DNA of 64,000 nt, taken from Macrostomum hystrix (Eukaryota > Animalia > Platyhelminthes). Under the pieces are notes generated by a model. That model was not told where the DNA came from. It made no database searches and saw only the letters and a program-made list of their open reading frames with translations. The stretch lies in the NCBI GenBank assembly GCA_950097015.1, contig CATNEN010000003.1, positions 868,001 through 932,000 of the forward strand, given 5' to 3'. Below, piece by piece: positions 1-10,900 of the stretch. How positions within the stretch are numbered: the first letter of the stretch is position 1; each line of letters begins with the position of its first letter. Both the position numbers and the translations under genes were made by a program.

Positions 1-177
1 TTACACTCATGGATGTGCGAATGAAGGAAAATAAAACACAGACACACAATCGATTCGGCTATGGTTAAAATAGATGTGCATGGTCATGTGGTCACTTCTG
101 TTCATTTGAGTGGATTGAATCATAGCCTTCACGAAAATAATGTACCGTCTTTGTGTAGACTGTACAAAAACTAACTT

Positions 178-333
178 AATTTACCCAAGCTGATGCTGGT
201 ACCCATTTAACAGCTGCATGAACTGAGTTAGGTGTCTTGCTAAATGGCACAAATTGCTAGTGTAGTCAGGAATCGAACCCCCAACCTTTCAAGTCGTGAA
301 TCCGGCGCTTTAAGCACTAAGCTGAAACCCCTT
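178..333 (-). mobile_element. tRNA-derived SINE family A (CORE-like domain), partial copy
   Basis: Minus strand has B-box GGTTCGATTCC, then TTTAGCAAGACACCTAAC...CAGCTGTTAAATGGGTACC, resembling the CORE-SINE domain; homologous to copies at 377-655, 5385-5612 and 11070-11345. Confidence 0.7.
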
Positions 334-376
334 ACTAGGCTACAATAGCCTAACTAAAGTTTTCTTTTAATAAAAG

Positions 377-655
377 GATATTGTAGCCCATTGTCTAGGA
401 CTCACGACTTGAAGGTCGGCGGTTCGCCTCCTGACTCCACTAAGACAGTTTTGTCCTTTAGCAAGACACTTAACTCTGCATTGCTTCAGCTCACCCAGCT
501 GTTAAATGGGTATACCAGCATTAGCTGGTGTAATTGAGGTGGCTGCATGTGTGGCGTTCCCCAGTCCATGGACTGAATAGCCGTACGCAGCGCCACGCAA
601 TAGCTTCAGCTGTGCGTTCGGCTGCACATCTCGCTCAATTAGGCAGGTGAAATTC
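377..655 (+). mobile_element. tRNA-derived SINE family A (CORE-like domain)
   Basis: GGTTCGCCTCC B-box-like motif, then GTCCTTTAGCAAGACACTTAACTCTGCATTGCTTCAGCTCACCCAGCTGTTAAATGGG; 3' part (CAGTCCATGGACTGAA...TCGGCTGCACATCT...GGCAGGT) shared with the other copies. Confidence 0.7.
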
Positions 656-1404
656 GATATTATGATTCCAATTTTTTGAAAACTTTTTTTCTCTTTAACT
701 TTTATTGTAGAATACTTTAATTTTCATTGTCTTTTTTAAACTCATGTACTAATCCATCATTCCATTATGTAGAATAATAGTATTTTAAAACTAAATAACG
801 TTGAATTTTTTATTTTTTATTATTCTAGATTTGAATCTATATCTAACACCGTCATACGGGTAGGTTTACACTTAGTCGATTAACTTTACGCACAATATTA
901 CTACGAGTAACAAATCAAAAGTAGTGTTGCATCTTCAAAACTTTTGAAACGGTTTTGACTTTGCGGTAAGGAACCACAAATAAAAAAGCTCATCTGAAAT
1001 CTGCTGCGCATGGAGTTGTACATCAGCCTGGCATATTTAATGTAAGCATATTAACTTTTTTTTAACTTTGCCTACTGTAAGAACCACATAATCTCTAACA
1101 AGGCTTAATCATCTTTTCAGCGTAATCCCTTTTCGCTTCTCGTACTCCTGGGTGATCATTAAATTAGTGAAAAGCTACATCTAACCTACAGCACGGCAGT
1201 CGGGTACTCAAATGCTGCTCAGAAAGTGCGACCATGCCCAAAAAATCGCCTAGCAAATGCCGTCACCCACATCAAAGCCTTCCATTTGTAAATAGAAAAA
1301 AATATCACAAGACCGGACTTGACCAATCGAAATCTCGACCAATAAACCGTGTCTTATCTCTAACGAATCTTATCTCTTCATCTCATCTCTTTCCCATCTA
1401 ATTT

Positions 1405-2390
1405 CTCCTTGTCTTATCTCTCCGGTGTCTAATCTCTCCCTTGTCTCATCTCTCCGGTGTCTAACTTCTCATTGTCTCATCTCTCCGGTGTCTAATTTCT
1501 CCCTTGTCTTATCTCTCCGGTGTCTAATTTCTCCTTGTCTCATCTCTCCGGTGTCTAATTTCTCCTTGTCTCATCTCTCCGGTGTCTAATTTCTCCCTTG
1601 TCTTATCTCTCCGGTGTCTAATTTCTCCTTGTCTTATCTCTCCGGTGTCTAATCTCTCCCTTGTCTCATCTCTCCGGTGTCTAATTCCTCCTTGTCTCAT
1701 CTCTCCGGTGTCTAATCTCTCCCTTGTCTCATCTCTCCGGTGTCTAATTTCTCATTGTCTCATCTCTCCGGTGTCTAATTTCTCCTTGTCTCATCTCTCC
1801 TGTGTCTAATTTCTCATTGTCTCATCTCTCCGGTGTCTAATTTCTCCTTGTCTCATCTCTCCTGTGTCTAATTTCTCCTTGTCTCATCTCTCCGGTGTAT
1901 AATCTCTCCCTTGTCTCATCTCTCCGGTGTCTAATTTCTCCCTTGTCTTATCTCTCCGGTGTCTAATTTCTCCTTGTCTCATCTCTCCGGTGTCTAATTC
2001 CTCCTTGTCTCATCTCTCCGGTGTCTAATCTCTCCCTTGTCTCATCTCTCCGGTGTCTAATTTCTCCTTGTCTCATCTCTCCTGTGTCTAATTTCTCATT
2101 GTCTCATCTCTCCGGTGTCTAATTTCTCCTTGTCTCATCTCTCCTGTGTCTAATTTCTCCTTGTCTCATCTCTCCGGTGTATAATCTCTCCCTTGTCTCA
2201 TCTCTCCGGTGTCTAATTTCTCCCTTGTCTTATCTCTCCGGTGTCTAATTTCTCCTTGTCTCATCTCTCCGGTGTCTAATTTCTCCTTGTCTTATCTCTC
2301 CGGTGTCTAATTTCTCCTTGTCTCATCTCTCCGGTGTCTAATCTCTCCGTGTCTCATCTCTCCGGTGTCTAATCTCTCCCTTGTCTCATT
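1405..2390. repeat. Minisatellite, ~31-32 bp unit (TGTCTCATCTCTCCGG-TGTCTAATTTCTCCT) built from two related ~16-bp halves
   Basis: About 30 tandem copies seen directly; reverse complement is related to arrays at 6560-7080 and 14340-14620. Confidence 0.95.
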
Positions 2391-3719
2391 TTTCCCGTGA
2401 CTGATCTCAATAGTTTCGAATTAACACAAAATGCCTCCAAAAAACTTGTGATATTAAGTTTTAACTCCATTTGTTTCTTTAATCTCACTTTCATCCCTCC
2501 GCAGTCTCGTGTATCCAAGGTTTCTGATCTCATCTCTCGTATCCTACGTCTGTCACTCAGACACAGCCAGTAATTTACACTCACTCCGTCACTGACTAAA
2601 AAAACAAGCTTAATTCACAACTTTAAAAAAACTTCAAAAGCCTTGACTGCGGCAACTTGCATAATAAAGCAATGCAATAGGGAAAATATAATAATAATTA
2701 TTAATTTATAGGTTGCAACAGAAGCGACGCATAATCAATCGCACACTATAGTTGATGAGAAAACTAGCTTAGAGCTGTTAGAGGGACACTTGTTATATTA
2801 GAAACAGAAAAACAACTAAGCATTATGACACTGGTTTGCAATTGTGGGGAAGCTAAATAAAACAATTAGGTTATGTATGCGTATGCATGTACTACAAATA
2901 GAACATGGAAGTTATAATAGTATAGACGGCGATTGATGTAAAAAAATAGGAGTTTAATAAGAATTGTAATAAAGAAAAAAACGGATTGCGACTAGGTCCA
3001 TTCCAGCTGCTCCCATATGCTGTCTGTTTAGTGCAATAAAATGCAGCACAGACTACTGGAGCTAGCGGCTATTTCTGTTGAGTAGTATGTAGAGCATTAG
3101 AATACAGAGTTGCAAAAAAACCGGGGCTTAACCGCTATTAAAAAAAGCAATGCAGTCTTAACTTGAAGATTCGGGTGTCTCAAGCTGAAATGAATAGAAT
3201 TAAGCAAATAAACTGGAAAAGCAAATTGACGACAAAAATTATGCTGAACAGAAATAAACAAAATGACTAACTACTAGTTAATTGGTTCCAATGGCAAGTA
3301 GATAAATTTTAGCTGTCTATAAACATAAAGACTAGCCAGGCAGAGAGACAATTATGTATATAGATGTATATATGTGAAAAAGTGAACGAAAATTGACTTC
3401 TTTAATTAACGTAAGAATAGACTAACAGAAACTTCAGCCAAAAAAGCTTACAATATGCTGAACTTTTTATTACAAGCATTGCCTTGTCTTCTTGTCTTCT
3501 TCAGGTAAGTAGCAAAAGCATACACAAACTTAGTTAGGGCAGTAACATGAAACACACATAAAGCCTGCAATTGAAGAGCTTAGGCCAAGATAATTTATTA
3601 CACAAAAGCTTTCTTGAGACCGAATAAGCATGACTGAGAGTCGATCCAATGGCAAAAAACCTCACGTTTTAATTAAACTCCAATATGAAAATGAGTTACC
3701 TTTCTTTAAAAAAATACTA

Positions 3720-4540
3720 GCATCTGAAGGGATTCCCATCGTAGTAAGGGAAATCCTAGCATGATGGGATTCCCATTGCAGCAAAGGAAATCCCAGCATA
3801 TGAGGTGATTTCCATCGTAGTAAGGGAAATCCCAGCATATGAGGTGATTCCCTCCCATCGTAGTAAGGGAAATCCCAGCATCTGAGGGGATTCCCATTGC
3901 AGCAAGGTAAATCCCAGTATCTGATTCCCATAATAGCAAGGGAAATCAAAGCATCTGAGGGGATTCCCATCGTAACAAGGGGAATCCAGCAGCCAATGGG
4001 GATTCCCATCGTAACAAAAGAAATCCCAGCATTTAAGGGGTTTCCCATCGTAGTAAGGGAAATCTCAGCATCTCAGGGGATTCAAATCCTGGTAAGGGAA
4101 ATCCCAGCATCTGAGGGGATTCCCATCGTAACAAGGGGAATCCAGCAGCTAAGGGGGATTCCCATCGTAACAAGGGAAAACCCAGCATTTATGGGGTTTC
4201 CCATCGTAGTAAGGGAAATCCCAGCATCTGAGGGGATTCCCATTGCAGCAAAGGAAATCCCAGCATATGAGGTGATTCCCTCCCATCGTAGTAAGGGAAA
4301 TCCCAGCATCTGAGGGGATTCCCATTGCAGCAAGGTAAATCCCAGTATCTGATTCCCATAATAGCAAGGGAAATCAAAGCATCTGAGGGGATTCCCATCG
4401 TAACAAGGGGAATCCAGCAGCTAAGGGGGATTCCCATCGTAACAAGGGAAATCCCAGCATTTAAGGGGTTTCCCATCGTAGTAAGGGAAATCTCAGCATC
4501 TCAGGGGATTCAAATCCTGGTAAGGGAATTCCCAACATCT
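3720..4540. repeat. Minisatellite, ~39 bp unit with GGGAAATCCC / GGGATTCCC cores and a ~420-bp higher-order duplication
   Basis: Unit GGGAAATCCCAGCATCTGAGGGGATTCCCATCGTAGTAA; the variant order at ~3830-4110 recurs at ~4255-4540. Confidence 0.9.
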
Positions 4541-4982
4541 GAGAGGAGTTGGATCTTAAAATCTCGTTAGCAACTGGACAAACGGTCTTTATTAAAACAA
4601 AGTCGTAATAGAACAGGCCAAGCGTTTTGTTAATCAGCAGAGAAAATACATTAAAATGTATCAGAGCTGACGCGATTATATAAATATTGTGATTTCTCGG
4701 CGTATGAACAAATGGTTTCGACAAATCGCGAACAGAAGCGACACAAAAAAGTGAAAAAAAACGACGCATAAACAGTAAAAAATAAATGAAGCAATGCAGA
4801 TAACTATTTATAAGCCACAGACTGCACAATAAAGTAAAGCTTGCTAGCTCAGTCAAAGTCAAGCTTATAAGTGCACGAGTTTTTCTCAAAGGGCCTTAGA
4901 AAATCACAGGGCAATCATTTTTGTTCATCCAGATGGCCCCATTAGATCTGGGAATCCCACTTGGTGCAATTATTAACTGGGA

Positions 4983-7900
4983 TCAGATATCGCTTTCGTG
5001 ATGCTTCTTGCCCTGCTTGCGATTATCGATGGTGGACATGCTGAAATCGTTCACATTGTCGTCCAGTATTTTGTCCTCCTTGCTGAAGCCAGTCTGCTGA
5101 TAGATGATGTCGTTCAGAAGCTGGAATTCAGAAAAACGCAGGAAGATGAATAAAAAGCGTTGTCCATGGACTGGTAAAATCTACCCAAGCTAATGCTAGT
5201 ACCCATGTAATATCTGGGCGAACTAAAGCACTAGGGGAAGAAATTGTCCTGTTCGAAGACACAAATTGCTTTCCTCTGGGCTGACCACTAAACTAAAAGC
5301 TTAATTGTAGCAATTAAGTAAGTGACAATTAATTAAGTGACAATGAAATGCCAGGTGTATAAATTTAACTAATTAACTAATTGATTAAACCTGCCCAAAT
5401 AAGGCCAGATGTGCAGCCGACTGCACAGCCGTTCAGTCCATGGACCCACACTCAATTACCCCATTTGAGGCTGGTAACCATTTAACAGCTGGTTGAACTG
5501 ATTGAAGCAATGCAGAGTTAAGTGTCTTGCTAAAGTACACAAGTTGTCCCAATGGAGTCGGGAATCGAACCCCAAACCCCGAACGCTCAAACAACTAAGC
5601 TACAATCCCTAGGCTAAAGATGTACAGTCAAATATTGAAAACTTAGCGACTGGGTACAACCGCTTAGCCTCTGGATATTGGGTGAACTGAAGCAATGGGA
5701 TCATTGCCTCGGACAAAAAATCGAACTCCATACCTACAATCAATCAATCCAAGACTTACATCGTCATCTTCGCCCTCCTCGGACACAACCAGATTGCGAC
5801 GGGCCGCTGATTTTGATTCAGTTTTACGAACAGCCGGCACCGGAGCTCCATTCAGCTGAAAGGACAGATTCGATGGCATATTTTAGGGATATTTATAACC
5901 TACAAGTAGTATGTAGCTACATTAAGTAAAAAAACTCACAGATTTTTCTCTTCGCTCAGTTCCAGCAGCGGCATCGGCAGCTTCGTTCTCGGCGTGCTGC
6001 TCAAAGCAGGGCGGACCGTGCGAGCCGTGAGTCTCCACCACCTTGCTAGTTACTACCTGGCGAATCTGTTTGCGCTTGACTACTCGCTTAGTGACCTTGT
6101 TGCCATGCTCGTCAGTGTAGGTCTCAATCTCTTCAACCGGCTCGCCAATCTCTTCGCTCTGCGTTTGTTAAAAAATTATATTTTAGACTACTTTTGTGCA
6201 CAAATTTTATCAGTAGTACACTACTTATAGTAGGAAACGACACGAAAAAGTAAAAGGTTGGGCAACTTAAATCAGAGTGCACTACGTTGTAAACAAAATC
6301 TTCAATTGAGTGCACCAATATAGCTTGACTGTGGGAAGTTCGTCATATTTGATAAATAACATAGGAAGTCAATTAATACCCCAATACATAGGTAAACATA
6401 CCTACAACAAAGATTATACAGACCGAACCAAAAGTTGAAACTAAACTATTTAAGGGAAGCAAAACTAACATACATAGCAGGCTTAAAAGTTATTTTATAA
6501 AAAAATATTAGCAACCTTTATAATGAAAGTTACATTCGAGAGACCCGAGAGATGAGAGAGGAGAGATAAAAACAAGAGAGATAAGACACTGGAGAGATAA
6601 GACACAGGAGAGATAAGACACTGGAGAGATAAGACACTGGAGAGATAAGAGACTGGAGAGATAAGACACTGGAGAGATAAGACACTGGAGAGATAAGACA
6701 CTGGAGAGATAAGACACTGGAGAGATAAGACACTGGAGAGATAAGACACTGGAGAGATAAGACAGAGCTCTGAACTCTTAACTAGTTCTAGAGGAGAGAT
6801 GAGACACAGAAGAGAGGAGATACAGGAGAGATGAGTCAGTAGAGAGATGAGAAAGGGGAAGGATGAAACGGGAGAGATGGGACGGCAGAAATGTGACAGG
6901 GGAGAGATGAGATAGGGGAGAGATAAGACATGGGAGAGATGAAACAGGGGAGAGATGCGACAGGGGAGAGATGAGATAGGGGAAAGATGAAATAGGGTAG
7001 ATATGAGATAGGGGAGAGATGAAATAGTGGAGAGATGAGATTGGGGAGAGATGATGACGCTAGAGAGAGAGATGAGACAGGTGCTAAAAGGGACATTGAG
7101 GCTCAAAGACAGAATATTGTCTACTTCATGATGGACAAGACTAAAAGCTAAGCATACCAAGCGATAAAACACCAAGCCAAATGTCAATCATTCAAACTCA
7201 TAATTACTCGAGTAACAAAGGTGCGCTCGGTGGGATCGCCTTGAAAATGATGATGATGCTTGGGGAAGCCCTGATGCTCGCAGGCCCCATCAGGCTGGCC
7301 AGCCTCCATCATGGCCATCGGCTTTGAGATGTTATCGTCGGAGTAGTCCGTCGGCTAGTTTTGTTTTAGTTTTTTAAAGGGCGGCAATTATAAAACTAAA
7401 AGTACAAAAATGGTAAAAATCTATATTTTTTTTCCTTAAAACCTAGTTTTTTTACCTCAACTCGGTGCTCGTGAATATTAACTCCACCGGCGCCACCGTT
7501 GTATCCGTGCAGTTGGCCGCCATGAATCTGCTGCTTGTTCTCTCTGATGACGTCATACTTGTGATCAACGGAGGGCAGGTTGGAGTTCTAGAAAAATAAC
7601 AACGAGGCGACCATTTGGCAGTGAATGACGTCAAGCCATGACTGTAAATCAACTTAAAAAAGATTAAAACAAACTAAATTTAATAATAACTTACCCTCTT
7701 AGTAAGACTCTCTTGGAGCATTCTGGGATCAACATAGGTAAATCCTTTGGACTTGCGCTAAAAAAATATGTTCGGGCGAATTAGTTAGTTTTGTTCCTAG
7801 TAACACTAAGTAAGACAATTAGTAGTAAGACCAGTTCTTCAAAAAGACTATTAAAAAAATAACTTTTAGACTAAAAAATAGAGAACCATCACAAAACCAA

Positions 7901-10900
7901 GCCTAGACATTAGTAAATTAATAATAATAGTAATTGCAGGAGGGCTGCAGGCAATGGTACATCATTTGGTGACACTGGAACCGCAGACAGCGAGGAGGCA
8001 ATTCTGCCCATTTCGCTGACTCCTGAGTACACACGCACACAGATACCGTACGCAGGCATACGAAGTGTACACTTTGCTGTGCCTTGGATGTTGACCCTCA
8101 AGGGCGAAGATTTCCCGACAAGCAACCAAGCCTTCTCTCCGCGACTGCGCCCCAAATAAATGTGGCCTCGCTGCGGAATCGAGCCCAGGGACCTTGGTGC
8201 GAGAGGCAAACGCGTTAGACCACTCTGCCACTTACAGACCCGAACATAACAAAACCATCACAAAACCACACACAAACGATAGCCAAGACGATCAAACCAT
8301 TCGGGACTCACATCCATAACGCCGGTTTTTCCGCTGCGTCGGACGGACTCCTCTCCAGCCAGACAGACGGGCGTCCATTCCTCGCCGGGCGGATATTTGA
8401 ATGGCGACTGGCCCAGATTAACAAACAGCGTCTGGTCGCGCATGCTGACGGTGGGAAAGAACGCTTCCTGACTTAGCAGCTGACTGGGCAGCTGATAGGC
8501 CGGGCCCATCAGGGTGCTGTTCCTGGCGAACTGCATCTGGCCATGGTCCAGATCCAGGAAGCAGCCAACAACGTCGCCTTTGCCATATGGCTCGCCGTAG
8601 GTGTCAATTTCGTCGGCGTGCAATTTTTTGCCCTGATTGCCAGCCAGACCAAAGCCATCTGGATCGGCGCCGTAGCCCCAGCCGGACGTGTCGCGGCCAA
8701 CGTCCAATGCGCCGGACTCCGTGGTCCAGCCGGCTCTGGCTAGGCCGCGGGCCTCTTGAGGCTCCACTTCGTAGTAGAAGCGACCGCCGGTGCGACCTCG
8801 AAGCCCCTTGCTGGCGCGCACACCCTGTAACGGGGTTTGGTGGGTTTTAGCCGTCAGTAGGAACACATTCAGGAAGCTGAGCTCTCACAACAATTGAAGA
8901 ATTCAGGAAGCTGAGCTCTCACAACAATTGAAGAATTCAGGAAGCTGAACTCTCACAACAATTAAAGAATTCAGGGAACTGAGTTCTCACAACAATTGAA
9001 GAATTCAGGGAACTGAGCTCTCAAAACAATAGAAGAATTCAGGAAGCTGAGCTCTCACAACAATAGAAGAATTCAGGAAGCTGAGCTCTCACAACAATTG
9101 AAGAATTCAGGGAACTGAGCTCTCACAACAATTAAAGAATTCAGGGAACTGAGCTCTCCCAACAATTGAAGAATTCAGGGAACTGAGTTCTCACAACAAT
9201 TGAAGAATTCAGGGAACTGAGCTCTCACAACAATTGAAGAATTCAGGGAACTGAGCTCTCACAACAATTGAAGAATTCAGGGAACTGAGTTCTCACAACA
9301 ATTGAAGAATTCAGGGAACTGAGCTCTCACAACAATTAAAGAATTCAGGGAACTGAGTTCTCACAACAATTGAAGAATTCAGGGAACTGAGCTCTCACAA
9401 CAATTGAAGAATTCAGGAAGCTGAACTCTCACAACAATTGAAGAATTCAGGGAACTGAGTTCTCACAACAATTGAAGAATTCAGGGAACTGAGCTCTCAC
9501 AACAATTGAAGAATTCAGGGAACTGAGCTCTCACAACAATTGAAGAATTCAGGGAACTGAGCTCTCACAACAATTGAAGAATTCAGGGAACTGAGCTCTC
9601 ACAACAATTGAAGAATTCAGGGAACTGAGTTCTCACAGCAATTGAAGAATTCAGGGAACTGAGCTCTCACAACAATTGAAGAATTCAGGGAACTGAGCTC
9701 TCACAACAATTGAAGAATTCAGGGAACTGAGCTCTCACAACAATTGAAGAATTCAGGGAACTGAGCTCTCACAACAATTGAAGAATTCAGGGAACTGAGT
9801 TCTCACAACAATTGAAGAATTCAGGGAACTGAGCTCTCACAACAATTGAAGAATTCAGGGAACTGAGCTCTCACAACAATTGAAGAATTCAGGGAACTGA
9901 GCTCTCACAACAATTGAAGAATTCAGGGAACTGAGCTCTCACAACAATTGAAGAATTCAGGGAACTGAGCTCTCACAACAATTGAAGAATTCAGGGAACT
10001 GAGCTCTCACAACAATTGAAGAATTCAGGGAACTGAACTATCAGAGACAATAAAAACTTCAGGGAACTGAACTATCAGAGAGGTGATAAAAACTTCAGGG
10101 AACTGAACTATCAGAGACAATAAAAACTTCAGGGAACTGAACTATTAGAGACAATAAAATCTTCAGGGAACTGAACTATCAGAGACAATAAAAACTTCAG
10201 GGAACTGAACTATCAGAGACAATAAAATCTTCAGGGAACTGAACTATCAGAGACAATAAAAACTTCAGGGAACTGAACTAACTACTTAGAACTGACACAT
10301 AAAACAGAAGCCAAAAGGGCGAAGCTGGTTTGCACAACAGGCTGCTTACCTGCCAGCCGAATCCCAGCTGACTCTGGGCGGAGGCGCCGTCCGGTCCTAC
10401 GGCCAGGCCAGGGCCGCTAGTGTCGTGCTGATTAAGCCGCCAGGTGCGCGGATTCTCCGCCTGCTGATTTACCGGCGCTAAGCCGACAGGTCGCCAGACA
10501 CCGGCCGGACGGTACATCAGTGGCCTGGCGGGGTCGTCGCCGAAGTTCCAGTGGGCAGCGGCGCCGGGTGCCAAACAGGCGGCCGGGTACAGAACTTCAC
10601 GGCGCATGTCGTGCGGCAGCTCGTGCGCCGGGCCAAATTCGCGACCATTCAACGAATAGAGCACTGAGCCGCCGTCCAAGTCGACGTAGACGCCGACAAC
10701 GTCGCCGCTAGTTAGCCTGTCGCCGTAGGCTTCGACTAAGCCGCGGTTGAATTTTTCACCGGCCAGACCGTAGCCGAAGCCGTGGGCGTCGTCGCCGAGG
10801 CGCAGGCTGGCGGAGCTGGTTGACCAGCCTAGTCTGGCTGGCACCGGTTGGTCGACGCCGCCAGGCGTTGCCATTGTTACCGTGGCCTCGTAGTACCACT

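Noticed and set aside
8165-8235. Possible tRNA genes (also ~41370-41440 and ~260-330)
   Set aside because: A/B boxes are present but the cloverleaf is poor and each continues into a shared SINE body.
8866-10280. CRISPR-like regular 34-bp repeats (also 15296-16145)
   Set aside because: Units are contiguous with no unique spacers, there are no cas genes, and the context is a eukaryotic intron.
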